Part shown: positions 8,834 through 22,669 of the stretch, in pieces
How positions within the stretch are numbered: position 1 is the stretch's first letter
Layout of the letters: each line of letters opens with the position of its first letter
DNA from: an uncultured Phycisphaerales bacterium
Lineage (GTDB): Bacteria > Planctomycetota > Phycisphaerae > Tepidisphaerales > Tepidisphaeraceae
Assembly: GCA_963758525.1 (NCBI GenBank)
Contig: CAVWVQ010000003.1
Span: 2,144,001 to 2,208,000 of the forward strand
Direction of reading: 5' to 3'
Length of the DNA stretch: 64,000 bases
Program-made: the position numbers and the translations under genes
Notes under the pieces: model-generated
What the model saw: the letters and a program-made list of their open reading frames with translations, nothing else
Told to the model about the DNA's origin: nothing
Database searches by the model: none

Positions 8834-11016
8834 TCATCCCACGCGCACGAGCTTGGCGTGTTCGAGAAAAATGATCTTTCTTCCCGCACGGTCAAAGTCG
8901 ATCTCCGCGCGGCCCCCGCTGCTCGTCTGAGACAACTCGGCAATGCGACCCAATCCGAACATGGGATGGCGGACGCGCTGTCCCAGACGGAAACCGAAAT
9001 TCGCATCATCTTCGCCCTCCTCATCGGGAACATACCTCGGCCCAAGGTCACTGATGCCCGTCCGGTCGAGAATCTTCAGCGACTCGATGGGAAGCTCCTG
9101 AAGGAACGGCGAGGAGATCGTGCGGGATCGCATGCCGCGAATGGTGCGCACGGCCGCCTTCGAGAGCAGCAGGCGCTCCTGCGCCCGCGTGATGCCGACG
9201 AAGCAAAGCCGGCGCTCCTCCTCCAATTGCTTGTGGTCTTCGCGGGCGCGAGAGTGCGGAAGGATCCCATCTTCCATTCCGATCATCGCGACCACCGGGA
9301 ACTCAAGCCCCTTGGCAGCATGCAGGGTCATGAGCGTGACCGCGCCCCCAGCCCCTTTCATGTGGTCGGCATCGCTCACCAGGCTGATGATCCCCAGGTA
9401 GTCGCCAAGCGAACCCTCCGGATTTTCCTGGTCGTACTCGGCCGCGGAAGAAATCAGCTCGTTGACGTTGGCAAGTTCATCCTGCTCGTCGCCGCCAATG
9501 TCCTCGAGAAGTTTCTCGTACCCGCTCTCGCGCAATACGCGCTCGATAAAGCCGCGCACCCCCTGCGCGCGGCGAGCGCACCGCGCCAGGATGCGACAAG
9601 TTGAACAAACTGCCCGGCCGATTTGACGGCCCGCGTCGAAACGCCCGGCACGCTCCCGGCTTGTTCCAGCGCTTCCCAGACGCTGATGCCGCGGACGGCG
9701 GCGAAGTCGGCAATCTTCTGCACCGCCGCGTCCCCCAAGCCGCGCGTCGGCACGTTGATAATGCGGGTCAGACTCACCTCATCAGCCGGGTTAACCACGG
9801 TGCGGAGATAAGCCAGGACGTCTTTGATTTCCTTGCGGTTGTAGAACTCGACGCCACGGGCGATCTGGTAGGGAACATTGGCCCGTCGGAGGGAATCTTC
9901 CATCACGCGCGTCAGGGCGTTCATCCGGTAGAAGATCGCCATCTGGCTCCAGGCATAGCCGTTGTCGTCGTGAAGTTTGCGAAGCTGATGCATGATGACA
10001 TCGGCCTCGTCGTGCTCGTTTTGGCACAGAAAGACCGTGGCATTTTCCCCCTGTGCGTTCTCGGTCCAGAGCTTTTTGTCCTTGCGCCGACGGTTGTTGG
10101 CGATCAGCTTCGATGCAATCTGCAGGATGGTTTTGGTCGAGCGGTAGTTTTGCTCGAGGCGGACGATTTTGGCGTCTGGGTAGTCGGTCTCGAAATCGAG
10201 GATGTTCTGGATGTCGGCTCCACGCCAGGCGTAGATCGACTGATCCGGATCGCCCACCACGCAGATATTGCGATGACGCAACGCCAACGCGTGAGCGAGG
10301 ATGTATTGCACGTGGTTGGTGTCCTGATATTCGTCGATCAGGAGGTACTGAAAACGGTCCTGAAGTTCCCGCAACACGTCCGGGAAGTCGCGAAGTGCCT
10401 GGGCGGTCCGCAGCAGCAGATCGTCGAAATCCAGGGCATTGTTTTGCTTCAGAAGCTGCTGATACTTCGCATAGATCCTGGCGACGGTACGTGGGTAAAA
10501 GTCGCGGGCCGCATCGGCGTATGCCTCGGGCGTGAGCAACTGATTCTTGGCGTTGCTGATCGTTCCATGCACCGTCGCCGGGGGGAAATTCGTGCTGGAA
10601 ATATCCAGCAGCTTGATCGCTTCCTTGATCAACTTGTTCTGATCGGCGGTATCAAAGATCGTGAAGTTGGCAGGCAACCCAATCTGCGGCGCGTAATGCT
10701 TGAGGATGCGCAGACACAGTGAGTGAAATGTGCAGATCATCGGCCAGGGCTGATCGAGCCGGCCGAAGTCGCGCAGCGGGCGCGACATGGCGGCAGAGAC
10801 GCGAGATTTCATCTCGCCTGCCGCTTTATTCGTGAAGGTAATAGCCGCGATCGTGTGCGGTTGAATGCCCTGTGCGATCAGATAGGCGACCCGCCGTGTG
10901 ATGACCCTCGTTTTGCCGCTGCCGGCCCCCGCAATGATCAACAGCGGCCCGTCCACGTGCGTGGCGGCCTGCCGTTGCGCTTCCGTCAGATCTTCCAGGA
11001 GCTCTTCGGCGTTCAT
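8834..11016 (-). CDS. uvrD: UvrD/PcrA family DNA helicase, frameshift near 9560-9600
   Basis: AGAGSGKT, DEYQDTN, VGDPDQSIYAWRGA, QNYRST in 9454..11016; TLHAAKGLEF, EEERRLCFVGITRA in 8834..9559. Confidence 0.93.
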
Positions 11017-11067
11017 TCACCGAACTATAGCGACGCGACGCAGGGGCGGAAACCCTGCTCACGAAAC

Positions 11068-11126
11068 CCGAATGACGAAACCAGAAACGAGAATCAAATC
11101 CAAATGACGAATGATCGAATGACGAA
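11068..11126. repeat. AATGACGAA-rich repeat; 11068-11101 is inverted relative to 12539-12572
   Basis: ccgaatgacgaaaccagaaacgagaatcaaatcc matches revcomp of 12539-12572 at 32/34. Confidence 0.8.
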
Positions 11127-11157
11127 GCGACGACTCAAGCGTATCCTCACGGCCGGC

Positions 11158-11529
11158 CTACTCCGGCGGACAATAGGCTTCCAACTCGGTGAGGAATTCG
11201 TACAGCGCGACAGCGGAGTTATGCTCGGGATCGTCGCCCTGATGAAGCAAGGTGATCCCGTCCGACCGCCCGACACAGGCGAGTTGCTGCAGGACGGCGC
11301 GATACGGGCCGTGGCGGAGGCACTCGTGGTAACGGCCGCGGAAATAGTCATAGCCGTCGGGATGCTCGTCGAACCAGTTCCACAACTCGCGCGGCGGGCC
11401 AAGGTGCGGGAGGACGTGATTGACTCTGCACCAGTCGCGCAGATCGCGCGTCAGTGCGATCGATTCAACCCAAATCCTCTGCCCATCGTCGGACTCAATG
11501 TTGTCCAGGAAATGTTTCACCTTGATCAT
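11158..11529 (-). CDS. DUF488 / YeaO-like protein
   Basis: DDGQRIWVE, LGPPRELWNWF, FRGRYHECL, ITLLH, EHNSAVALYEFL. Confidence 0.8.
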   Translation of the reverse strand: MIKVKHFLDNIESDDGQRIWVESIALTRDLRDWCRVNHVLPHLGPPRELWNWFDEHPDGYDYFRGRYHECLRHGPYRAVLQQLACVGRSDGITLLHQGDDPEHNSAVALYEFLTELEAYCPPE

Positions 11530-11644
11530 GGCTTGGCTCCGCGGGCGTCCGTGCCGAAAGGATTCTCCTGATAATAAGACGCACAAAAGATCGTGAAGTT
11601 ACACACGGTTGCGGAATTTTGTTGGCTCCTCTACAACCGCCTCA

Positions 11645-12349
11645 ATGCCTCTGTTCCATGCAGTCGCCGGGGTAAGCTCACTTCCGCGTCAACCGCTTCG
11701 CACCACTGTCGCGTTGCTTGGCGTCTTCTTGCTAAATGCAAGTTGCATGCCGGGTTTTCCCCCGGCGGGAAAGCTGATTCCCCTGCGCCTGGAAGAGCCA
11801 AAAGACGCCGCTTTGACGTTCGTGCGCGCGATCGGGGCGGGTGACGTGGAGACTGCCAAGGCGGCATCCCTTGGCACGGATCGGCAGAAGCGATGGGCCA
11901 TCGATACGGCCAACATGGTCAATGGACTACGGGCCTTTGACGATGCCATGAACGCGCATTTCGGACCGGACGCGGCTTCCGTTCACATGAACATTCTCAA
12001 CGCGCTCAACTCCCTGACGGTCGATCCTGAAAACGCGGTCACTAACGCAGAAGTCCGAATGAGCGACGACCAGCTCAGTGCCAAGCTGGTGGCAGCCTCA
12101 CAGATCTACGCCACGCATATGTTTTACGCTTCGCGGGTCCGGAAGGATCCCGCGGGTTGGAAGGTCGACCTGCCGGCGATCCTGGCAAATGATCCGCAGT
12201 TCGCCGCGAAAAACGACTCGCCCGATCTGGACCGGCTGGCCGAGATCGGCTCATCAATGCGCAAGCTGGCCGCCCAGATCAAAGCCGGCGCATATCCAAC
12301 TGTGGAGAAGGCCGAGGCCGCCGCGGGGGAGATTGCGCCGCAGGAGTGA
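11645..12349 (+). CDS. Exported hypothetical protein, possible lipoprotein
   Basis: Hydrophobic leader ending LLNASC; about 234 aa ORF with plausible composition. Confidence 0.65.
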   Translation: MPLFHAVAGVSSLPRQPLRTTVALLGVFLLNASCMPGFPPAGKLIPLRLEEPKDAALTFVRAIGAGDVETAKAASLGTDRQKRWAIDTANMVNGLRAFDDAMNAHFGPDAASVHMNILNALNSLTVDPENAVTNAEVRMSDDQLSAKLVAASQIYATHMFYASRVRKDPAGWKVDLPAILANDPQFAAKNDSPDLDRLAEIGSSMRKLAAQIKAGAYPTVEKAEAAAGEIAPQE

Positions 12350-12367
12350 GGGGTTTCGGAACACAAA

Positions 12368-12564
12368 TCCGAATGACGCCACCGTATGTCAAAACCCCAA
12401 TGACGAAGTCCGAATGACGAAACGGGGCGTTGACGAACCAGGCAGGCTTGAGTGATCCGGCCTACCTCGTCAGGAACGCGTTCATGTTCGAGGAACCGGA
12501 CATGCGAAATCCGTCTCGACATTCGTCATACGGGCTTCGGATTTGATTCTGGTTTCAGGTTTCG

Positions 12565-12572
<8 letters not shown>
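12368..12572. repeat. AATGACGAA repeat cluster with inverted arms between convergent genes
   Basis: Several (c)gaatgacg copies at 12368-12422 and their revcomp at 12521-12572; carB stop codon lies inside. Confidence 0.7.
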
Positions 12573-16137
<3,565 letters not shown>

Positions 16138-16344
16138 GGCTTTTTTGTATTTCCGGAGAAAATCCGAGGTACTGTAGCGGGCTGATTCCGGAAGTCCAAA
16201 GCCTTCGTTCCGTGCCGCCACATCAACCTGAAAACTGCTCTAAACTAAATGAGTGTGCGCGAGTAGGCGCACGTGCGCAACACTTCCGCTGACCCTCGGG
16301 GCAGCCACTAACGATTTGGGGAACGCGTTGTCGCGCAAGCTGAT

Positions 16345-17163
16345 TTAGTTTGGCTTGGCCACCTCATCGCAGATCACGGTGAAGCTCGACAGCGTATTGG
16401 GTCCGAAGGTGGTGCTGATGGCCACGTCCACGGCGTCGCGGCCGCGCGCAATCAGCACGCGGCCAATGCGGGGGATGTTGTTTCGCGGGTCGAAGGTGTG
16501 CCACTGGCCGCCGAGGTACGCCTCGAACCAGCCGGCGAAATCCATCGGGCCGTACGGCGGCGGCGTGCCCATGTCGCCGAGATACCCGGTGCAGTAGCGG
16601 GCGGGAATGTTCATGCACCGGCAGAACGCGACGGCCAGATGCGCGTAATCACGGCAGACGCCGATGCCTTCGTTGTAAGCTTCAAACGCGGTGCGCGTGG
16701 CCCGGGCCTGCATGTAGTCAAACTTGATATGGTTGTGAACGAAGTCGCAGATCGCCTGCACGCGCCCCCAGCCGAGCGGCGAACTTGCAAAGAGCTTCCA
16801 GGCGATGTCAGCGAGCAGTTCCGTTTCGCAATACCGGCTGGCCATCAGAAAAACGAGCGAATCTTCCGGCAGTTCCGTGATCAGATGCTGACGCGCTCCA
16901 TACACCGGCGCCGGCTCCGCGAGCCCGGTTGCCCGCACGATCGCTGAGGTGCTGATCGTCGTTCGACCCGCGGGCATTTCCAGCCGGCTGCACCAGTTGC
17001 CGAATCCGTCGCGGTAACTCGAAACACCCACAAGCGGATTCACGGTCAACACATCGGAGGTCACGATGTCATTTGCATGGCTGTAATGGATGTTGAGCAT
17101 CAGCAGCGTTGGCGTCGGCTGCGGGCAGTCGTAGACCAGTTCATAGCCGACTTTGATGTACAT
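16345..17163 (-). CDS. Transglutaminase-like family protein
   Basis: SRYCETE, GVCRDYAHLAVAFCRCMNIPARYCTGYLGD, WFEAYLGGQWHTFDPRNN. Confidence 0.92.
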   Translation of the reverse strand: MYIKVGYELVYDCPQPTPTLLMLNIHYSHANDIVTSDVLTVNPLVGVSSYRDGFGNWCSRLEMPAGRTTISTSAIVRATGLAEPAPVYGARQHLITELPEDSLVFLMASRYCETELLADIAWKLFASSPLGWGRVQAICDFVHNHIKFDYMQARATRTAFEAYNEGIGVCRDYAHLAVAFCRCMNIPARYCTGYLGDMGTPPPYGPMDFAGWFEAYLGGQWHTFDPRNNIPRIGRVLIARGRDAVDVAISTTFGPNTLSSFTVICDEVAKPN

Positions 17164-17374
17164 CACGTTGCTCGCCTTTCGCCGCAGTACGGCAATAAAC
17201 ATCTCTGCCGTCGGCGCGCCCGCCGCGGTGTTTTTTCTCGTGGATAAATGCTTTCCAGAGAAATCCCCGCCGCGGATCATACTCGGAATCGGAGGCTGCC
17301 GCTGAAGAAATCCGAGCCCGCGGCACCGGAGACGCGATAATTTTTTGTGCCGTCAAAAAAGTGCACTCGAATAG

Positions 17375-17650
17375 TTGGTGCCATTTGCATTCGATGGCTG
17401 CGGTAAAATGGAAGTCGATTTTCTTGCGGCCGAATCGCGCTTCGTGATCGAGCTGGACGGGGGCCAGCATCTCGCCGACGCCGATGCGTATCGGCGCGAT
17501 CGGCGGAAAGACCGATTGCTGCAGGAGAATGGTTACCTGGTGCTGCGGTTTCTGGCGGAAGATGTCGGAGAGCATTTGGACGATGTGCTGGATGCGATCA
17601 TGCGGGCACTTTCAAACCGGGATCGTCGACGTGAGCAACGGCAAAAATAA
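17375..17650 (+). pseudogene. DUF559 (Vsr-like) endonuclease domain, N-terminally truncated remnant
   Basis: EVDFL...VIELDGGQHL...RDRRKDRLLQENGYLVLRF; lacks the usual N-terminal part. Confidence 0.7.
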
Positions 17651-17688
17651 ACTTCTCCGCCGAGAAACTTTCGGCCATAATGCATTTC

Positions 17689-17901
17689 ATGCCAGAAACT
17701 GAAGTCATTCAGATACATGTGACTCCTGAGTTGCGTCAGCGGATCGAAACTGAGGCGGCCAAGCTCAATTTGTCGCTGTCGGCGTACATTCTCTATCTGC
17801 ACGCCCGCATGACTCCGGGCCAGGATACGGCGCGCCTCGACCGTCATGTGCATGAAGTTTTTGGGCGTCATGGGGATCTGATGCGAAGGCTCGCAAAGTG
17901 A
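17689..17901 (+). CDS. Putative antitoxin (RHH-like) of a Doc toxin
   Basis: IQIHVTPELRQRIETEAAKLNLSLSAYI; C-terminal HGDLMRRLAK; GTGA overlap with a Doc-like fragment. Confidence 0.7.
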   Translation: MPETEVIQIHVTPELRQRIETEAAKLNLSLSAYILYLHARMTPGQDTARLDRHVHEVFGRHGDLMRRLAK

Positions 17902-18041
17902 ACTCCGCGCCGCGCTTCCTCACCGTCGCCGAGATATTGATCCTGCATGCAATCGCGATCGAAGACCAAGGCGGAGACGCATCCGTTCGAAATCGCGGCT
18001 TGCTTGAATCTGCCGTCGCGGCACCCGGCCAACGGGTGTAA
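17898..18041 (+). pseudogene. Truncated Doc (death-on-curing) toxin, 47 aa
   Basis: Manual translation MNSAPRFLTVAEILILHAIAIEDQGGDASVRNRGLLESAVAAPGQRV*; Doc N-terminus without the catalytic Fic motif. Confidence 0.75.
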
Positions 18042-18074
18042 CTTTTATTTGTGGCGATTGCAGATTTTGCGATC

Positions 18075-18142
18075 GTAGGGCGGGATTCATCCCGCCGTTT
18101 TCTCAGCCGGCCAACAAATCGGCGGGATGAATCCCGCCCTAC
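18075..18142. repeat. GTAG-type REP doublet (REPIN-like)
   Basis: Perfect 23-bp inverted repeat GTAGGGCGGGATTCATCCCGCCG (18075-18097) / 18120-18142. Confidence 0.88.
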
Positions 18143-18245
18143 TCGGAGCCGATCGCCACTTTCGAGCGCCACACCCCGGCCAACAGTTTTCTGGACAATA
18201 CCTTCACGAAGATATCAAGTCATCGGTACCATTCGAAGCTTTGAT

Positions 18246-19046
18246 TCAACTCTCCTTCCTCACCGGATTCTCCAGCCTCCCGATCACATCCAATTCCACC
18301 ACGACCGTATCCCCGTCCTTCATCCACACGGGCGGTGTTCTGGCGAACCCGACGCCGTGCGGCGTTCCTGTGAGAATCACGGCACCAGGTCTTAGCGTCA
18401 TCGTGCTGCTGAGACTTTCGATCAAGGCTGGCACGTCGAAGATCATGTCGGCGGTCGTGTGATCCTGCATGGTTTTGCCGTTGAGATAGCAGCGGATGCC
18501 CAGATTGTTGGGATTGGGAATTTCCTCTTTGGTGACGATGGCGGGGCCGAGCGGGCAGAAGCCGTCGAAGCTTTTGCCGCGGGCAAACTGGCCGCCCCCG
18601 AGGGATTTTTCGCGCTGCCAGTCGCGGGCGGAAACGTCGTTGGCGCAGGTGTAGCCCAGCACGTAGTCCAGCGCGCTTTCCCTGCTGACGTCTTTGGCAG
18701 TCTTCCCAATCACGACGGCCAACTCGGCTTCGTAGTCGATCTGGCTGCTGCGGCGTGGCAGCGGGATCGGATCGAAGGGATTGGCCAGCGTGTTGCTCGC
18801 CTTGATGAAGAGCATCGGATTGACCGGAATGCTCGATCCGCCCTCCTCGGCGTGCTGCCGATAATTGAGGCCGATGCAGAGGATGTCGGTCGGGATGAGC
18901 GGAGCCAGCAGCTTGTCGATTCGGACCTGCGTGTCGGTCAGCCGATGCGGGGCGAATAGATCGCCCTCAATCAGCCTTGCGGACGTGGCGTCGATGGGTT
19001 GGCCGAAATGAACTTCGCCGGCGGAGAGGAAGCGGATGATGCGCAT
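18246..19046 (-). CDS. Fumarylacetoacetate hydrolase family protein
   Basis: CIGLNYRQH, DYEAELAVVIG, NDVSARD, GKSFDGFCPLGP, ILTGTPHGVG. Confidence 0.93.
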   Translation of the reverse strand: MRIIRFLSAGEVHFGQPIDATSARLIEGDLFAPHRLTDTQVRIDKLLAPLIPTDILCIGLNYRQHAEEGGSSIPVNPMLFIKASNTLANPFDPIPLPRRSSQIDYEAELAVVIGKTAKDVSRESALDYVLGYTCANDVSARDWQREKSLGGGQFARGKSFDGFCPLGPAIVTKEEIPNPNNLGIRCYLNGKTMQDHTTADMIFDVPALIESLSSTMTLRPGAVILTGTPHGVGFARTPPVWMKDGDTVVVELDVIGRLENPVRKES

Positions 19047-19079
19047 GCAATGAGGGTATTTGAGAGACCGCGGAGGGGC

Positions 19080-19133
19080 AAAAGAAAAAAACCGGGCCGG
19101 CCTGTTGAATTTGCATTCGCTGGGCCGGCCCGG
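19080..19133 (-). terminator. Probable intrinsic terminator
   Basis: 11-bp stem ccgggccggcc/ggccggcccgg next to an A-tract (U-tract on minus strand). Confidence 0.6.
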
Positions 19134-19240
19134 GTGGGTTGTTGAGCTTTTTCGCTTGTGGCGACCGCAGGGGTTTCGCTTCGAGTAGCTCGATACGCGC
19201 TCCGCTGCGCGTCGCGGCTTACCGGGAAGAGGGTCGTTGC

Positions 19241-20074
19241 CTAGGCTCTGTCTGACGGATCGAGAACCCTCAGGTATTTCAGCATGATAGCGAGTTTGGC
19301 GAAGCTCAAGAAGTTAAGAGCCAGCTTCTCATAGCGTGTTCCCAGCCGACGACATTCCTTGAGCCATCCGATAGCACACTCGATGCGGCTTCGTTTGCGG
19401 TAGCTGCTTTTATCGAATCGCTCGCCCTTTGGTCGTGGCTGATTGGATTTGCGCGGGATGACGGCTTCGATCCCGCAATCGGCCAGGAACTGGCGAACGG
19501 TTTCGTAGCTGTACCCTTTGTCGCCCGCGATCTTCCCCGGCCAGCCGATGTGCAGGGGCGCTGCACCGCGTGCATCACCTTGTGGAGCTGCGTGGATTCG
19601 TGCGTTTGCCCCGCGGTAACGGTGACGGCGAGCACAAGGCCCTTTCCGTCAGTAACCACGTGGAACTTTGATCCCCATCCGCCGCGCGAGCGGCCCAGCG
19701 CGTGGTCGGCCGGTTCGAAGTCGAGGCCGCGCCCCCTTTGCGCGCCCGGCGGCAGCGCGAGAAGCACGCACATTGGAGCCGTCGACGAGCCAGAGATCCC
19801 AATCGATCTTGCCCTCCTTGTTGAGTCGAATCCGCAGTGCTTTGAGGATGCGATCGAAGAAGCCTTCGCGCCGCCAGCGGTTGAAGCGATCATAGACGCT
19901 CTTCCATTTCCCGTAGCGTTCGGGCATGTCTCGCCATGGAGCTCCGGAGCGAAGAATCCAGAGCATCCCATTGAGCGTGATGCGGTGGTCGTTCCATCGT
20001 CCGCCACGTTTTTGTACGGGGAAAAGTGCCTTGATCAGGTTCCAGTGATCATCCGTGAGTTCATAGTGCGCCAT
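19241..20074 (-). CDS. IS5-family transposase in three reading-frame segments
   Basis: ELTDDHW...ILRSGAPWRDMPERYGKWKSVYDRF...DGSNVRA; GRSRGGWGSKFH; GDKGYS...RIECAIGWLKECRRLGTRYEK; shifts near 19740 (AAAGGGGG) and 19545; stop TAG formed by IR end plus target. Confidence 0.85.
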
Positions 20075-20163
20075 GTGTCCTCCATGTGGAGAACATCATG
20101 ACGATCATAGAAGAATGCGCAACACCTAACGAGCGCCGAACATTCGATCCGTCAGACAGAGCC
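19244..20163 (-). mobile_element. IS5-family (IS427-like) insertion sequence, 920 bp, TA duplication in CTAG target
   Basis: Perfect 20-bp IR GGCTCTGTCTGACGGATCGA (19244-19263 / 20144-20163); flanks cTA...TAg. Confidence 0.92.
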
Positions 20164-20552
20164 TAGCGGCCGTAGTGGTAGCGGTAACCGCCGTGGTAGC
20201 CGCCGCCATGGTAGTACCCACCACCGTGGTAGTACCCGCCGCCGTAACCGTAGTGAAAATAGACTGGCGGCGCGAAGTACACCGGAGGGGCAACGACCAC
20301 GGGGCTGGAGTAATAAACCGGCGGGGGCGAGGTGTAGACCGGGCCGCTGTCATATGTCGGCGCGGGGTCGGTGGCTACCGGAGGCGGGCAGTAAACCGGA
20401 GGCGGAGTCACCACAACCGGGGGCGGCGCCACGACCACCGGAACGGGGAGGAACGGGATCGGAATTCCGAAGAAGAAGCCGAAATGCGGGTGTGCGGACG
20501 CGACTGCGGGAACCGCACCAAGCACCAGACCGGCCAGCCATGTGTGTTTCAT
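20163..20552 (-). CDS. Secreted Pro-rich / Gly-Tyr-His-rich small protein
   Basis: Signal peptide MKHTWLAGLVLGAVPAVASA, PPPVY repeats, GGGYYH repeats; AAGGAG RBS. Confidence 0.75.
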   Translation of the reverse strand: MKHTWLAGLVLGAVPAVASAHPHFGFFFGIPIPFLPVPVVVAPPPVVVTPPPVYCPPPVATDPAPTYDSGPVYTSPPPVYYSSPVVVAPPVYFAPPVYFHYGYGGGYYHGGGYYHGGGYHGGYRYHYGR

Positions 20553-20691
20553 AAATGCTCCTTTACAGTATGAAGACACACCACCCTTGCCGGGGGTTAG
20601 TCGCATTCTCAAAGAGGACAGCCGCGGGAATTTGTGCGCGTGCTGGGGCGCAAGTGCCGTTATTCAGATAGAAGGATTTTCTAATCCCTTT

Positions 20692-21828
20692 TTATCCCGG
20701 CGGGTTCTCGATGACGAGATTATCGCGATGCACGACTTCGTCATACGCCGCTTCCGCGAGAAGCTCCCGGACAGCCGGCGTGCGCTTGCCCCGGATCCGC
20801 TCGACCTGCTCTGCGGAATAGTTGCATAAGCCGCGCCCGATCAGCACGCCGTCTCCCGACCGAATTGCGACGACGTCGCCGCGGGCGAAGGAGCCCTCAA
20901 CGCCAACGATGCCGGCGGGAAGCAGACTGCGATGCTGCTGCCTCAGGGCGCGGGCGGCGCCGTCGTCAACGACGATGGCTCCGGCCGGCCGGACGCTGCC
21001 GATCCAACGGCTGCGGCTCGACAGCTTTCGCCCCGCCGGCAGAAACAGGGTGCCGAGCCCTTCTCCGTCGAGCAGGCGCGGGAGAATATTTTCCATCCTC
21101 CCGTCGGCAATCACCATCGCCTCGCCCGATTCGCTGATCATGCGGGCGGCCTCGAGCTTCGAGCTGAAACCGCCTTTCCCCAGCGGCGACTTTTCCGCGC
21201 GCACCAGCGCGTGCGCGTCGGCCACGTGATCTACCAGCCGCAGCGGCTCGCCATCCGGATCGAGCAGGCCGTCCACCACCGAAAGCAGGACCAGCAACTC
21301 CGCCCGCAGCGCGTGCGTCACCAGCGCGGCGAGGATGTCATTATCGCCGAAACTGATCTTCACCAATTCGTCAGTGCTGATCGTGTCATTCTCATTGATG
21401 ATCGGCACAGCCCCCAGCTCGTGGCAGGCATGAATGGTGTTGCGCAGATTCAGAAAACGGGCGCGGTCCTCGATGTCCTCGCGCGTCAGCAGCACCTGAG
21501 CGACGGGAAGCGCGGATTTGGCGAACGCAGCCGCCCACACGTCCATCAGCCGTCGCTGTCCGACGGCGGCCACCGCCTGCAGCTTGCCCAGATCGGTCGG
21601 ACGCGCGGAAAGCTTCAGCTCACGCAACCCTGCTCCGATGGCGCCGGAGCTGACGATCGTGATCTGCATTCCGCGCTGGCGCAGCGATCCGATCTGCTCC
21701 GCAATCCGCCCGATGAACGCGGCATCGAGCTGCCCCGCCGAGTCGGTCAGGAGTTGGGTGCCAAGCTTGACGACCAGCATGCGGACCGAAGCGAGGATGG
21801 CGCGGGGCGGCGAATTCATCTTGTTCAC
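20692..21828 (-). CDS. proB: Glutamate 5-kinase
   Basis: VVKLGT, VSSGAI, PIINEND, FGDND, C-terminal PUA domain ending VVHRDNLV. Confidence 0.95.
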   Translation of the reverse strand: MNKMNSPPRAILASVRMLVVKLGTQLLTDSAGQLDAAFIGRIAEQIGSLRQRGMQITIVSSGAIGAGLRELKLSARPTDLGKLQAVAAVGQRRLMDVWAAAFAKSALPVAQVLLTREDIEDRARFLNLRNTIHACHELGAVPIINENDTISTDELVKISFGDNDILAALVTHALRAELLVLLSVVDGLLDPDGEPLRLVDHVADAHALVRAEKSPLGKGGFSSKLEAARMISESGEAMVIADGRMENILPRLLDGEGLGTLFLPAGRKLSSRSRWIGSVRPAGAIVVDDGAARALRQQHRSLLPAGIVGVEGSFARGDVVAIRSGDGVLIGRGLCNYSAEQVERIRGKRTPAVRELLAEAAYDEVVHRDNLVIENPPG

Positions 21829-22442
21829 GTGCTGCCCAGAATTGCGTCCGCGATCAGGATAATCAAGAAGCCGGTAAGAAACGTGAAGACAAAAATGGCG
21901 GTCACGTCGACGAACTCGGCTACATCCCCTCGCACAGCCGCCGATACCAGCGCCAGCAGGATGAACGCCAGGGGGATGCCGCAACCGATGCGACGCCCCA
22001 TGGCTGCCGCGCGCCGGCCCTCGGGATTGAGCCGCCCAATCGTGCCGAGAATGATTGCTGCCAGGGTCAGCAGCAGCGCGATCGCCATCGCGCCCAGCAC
22101 CACGATGAAGTCAACCGGCGTCTGGCCGATCATTGCATTGGATGACCCAAGGAGGATGGCCGCGACGATCGCACTTGCGATTGCGCAGACGGCGGCAACG
22201 CCGAGCCACATGGCAATCGGACCGACGTTCCGACTCACGCGCGTCGGACGCTGTCCGAGCGGTCGCCGCACGCGTCGCTGGGAATATGCAACCGCCTGAC
22301 CGGGTGCCCACGACAATTCCGGAGGCTCGGACGGAATGGCGTCGGCGGGCCAATCACTGATCGTATCGGAGACGGGATTCGTATCATCCGTGTCGCCCCG
22401 CGGCCCGCTCTCGACAGATTCTTCCCCTGGCATGATCAGCAT
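21825..22442 (-). CDS. Hypothetical membrane protein (about 4 TM)
   Basis: Four hydrophobic segments; stop overlaps the proB GTG start. Confidence 0.6.
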   Translation of the reverse strand: MLIMPGEESVESGPRGDTDDTNPVSDTISDWPADAIPSEPPELSWAPGQAVAYSQRRVRRPLGQRPTRVSRNVGPIAMWLGVAAVCAIASAIVAAILLGSSNAMIGQTPVDFIVVLGAMAIALLLTLAAIILGTIGRLNPEGRRAAAMGRRIGCGIPLAFILLALVSAAVRGDVAEFVDVTAIFVFTFLTGFLIILIADAILGST

Positions 22443-22508
22443 CGTAACCGAGAGTTCAGTTGAGATGGCACGTTACAAGCACGCCTGATCTGCGAAGTAG
22501 ATCGGCGT

Positions 22509-22653
22509 CCCCCGTGGCATGGGCGTCCCGCGCGTCCCGCCCATGCAGGCTGCGCTTGAGGTAAATCAATTCAAGTTCCTGTGATCTTTATTCTGCAAAC
22601 CGCCGCTTCTCTCTCTTCCACGTCGTTCAGACGGGCAGGATGCCCGTGCCACG
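22509..22653. repeat. REP-like element of the same family as the carB insert
   Basis: cccgtggcatgggcgtcccg...cccatgc left arm and acgggcaggatgcccgtgccacg right arm. Confidence 0.75.
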
Positions 22654-22669
22654 CGGATCCCAGAAAAGG

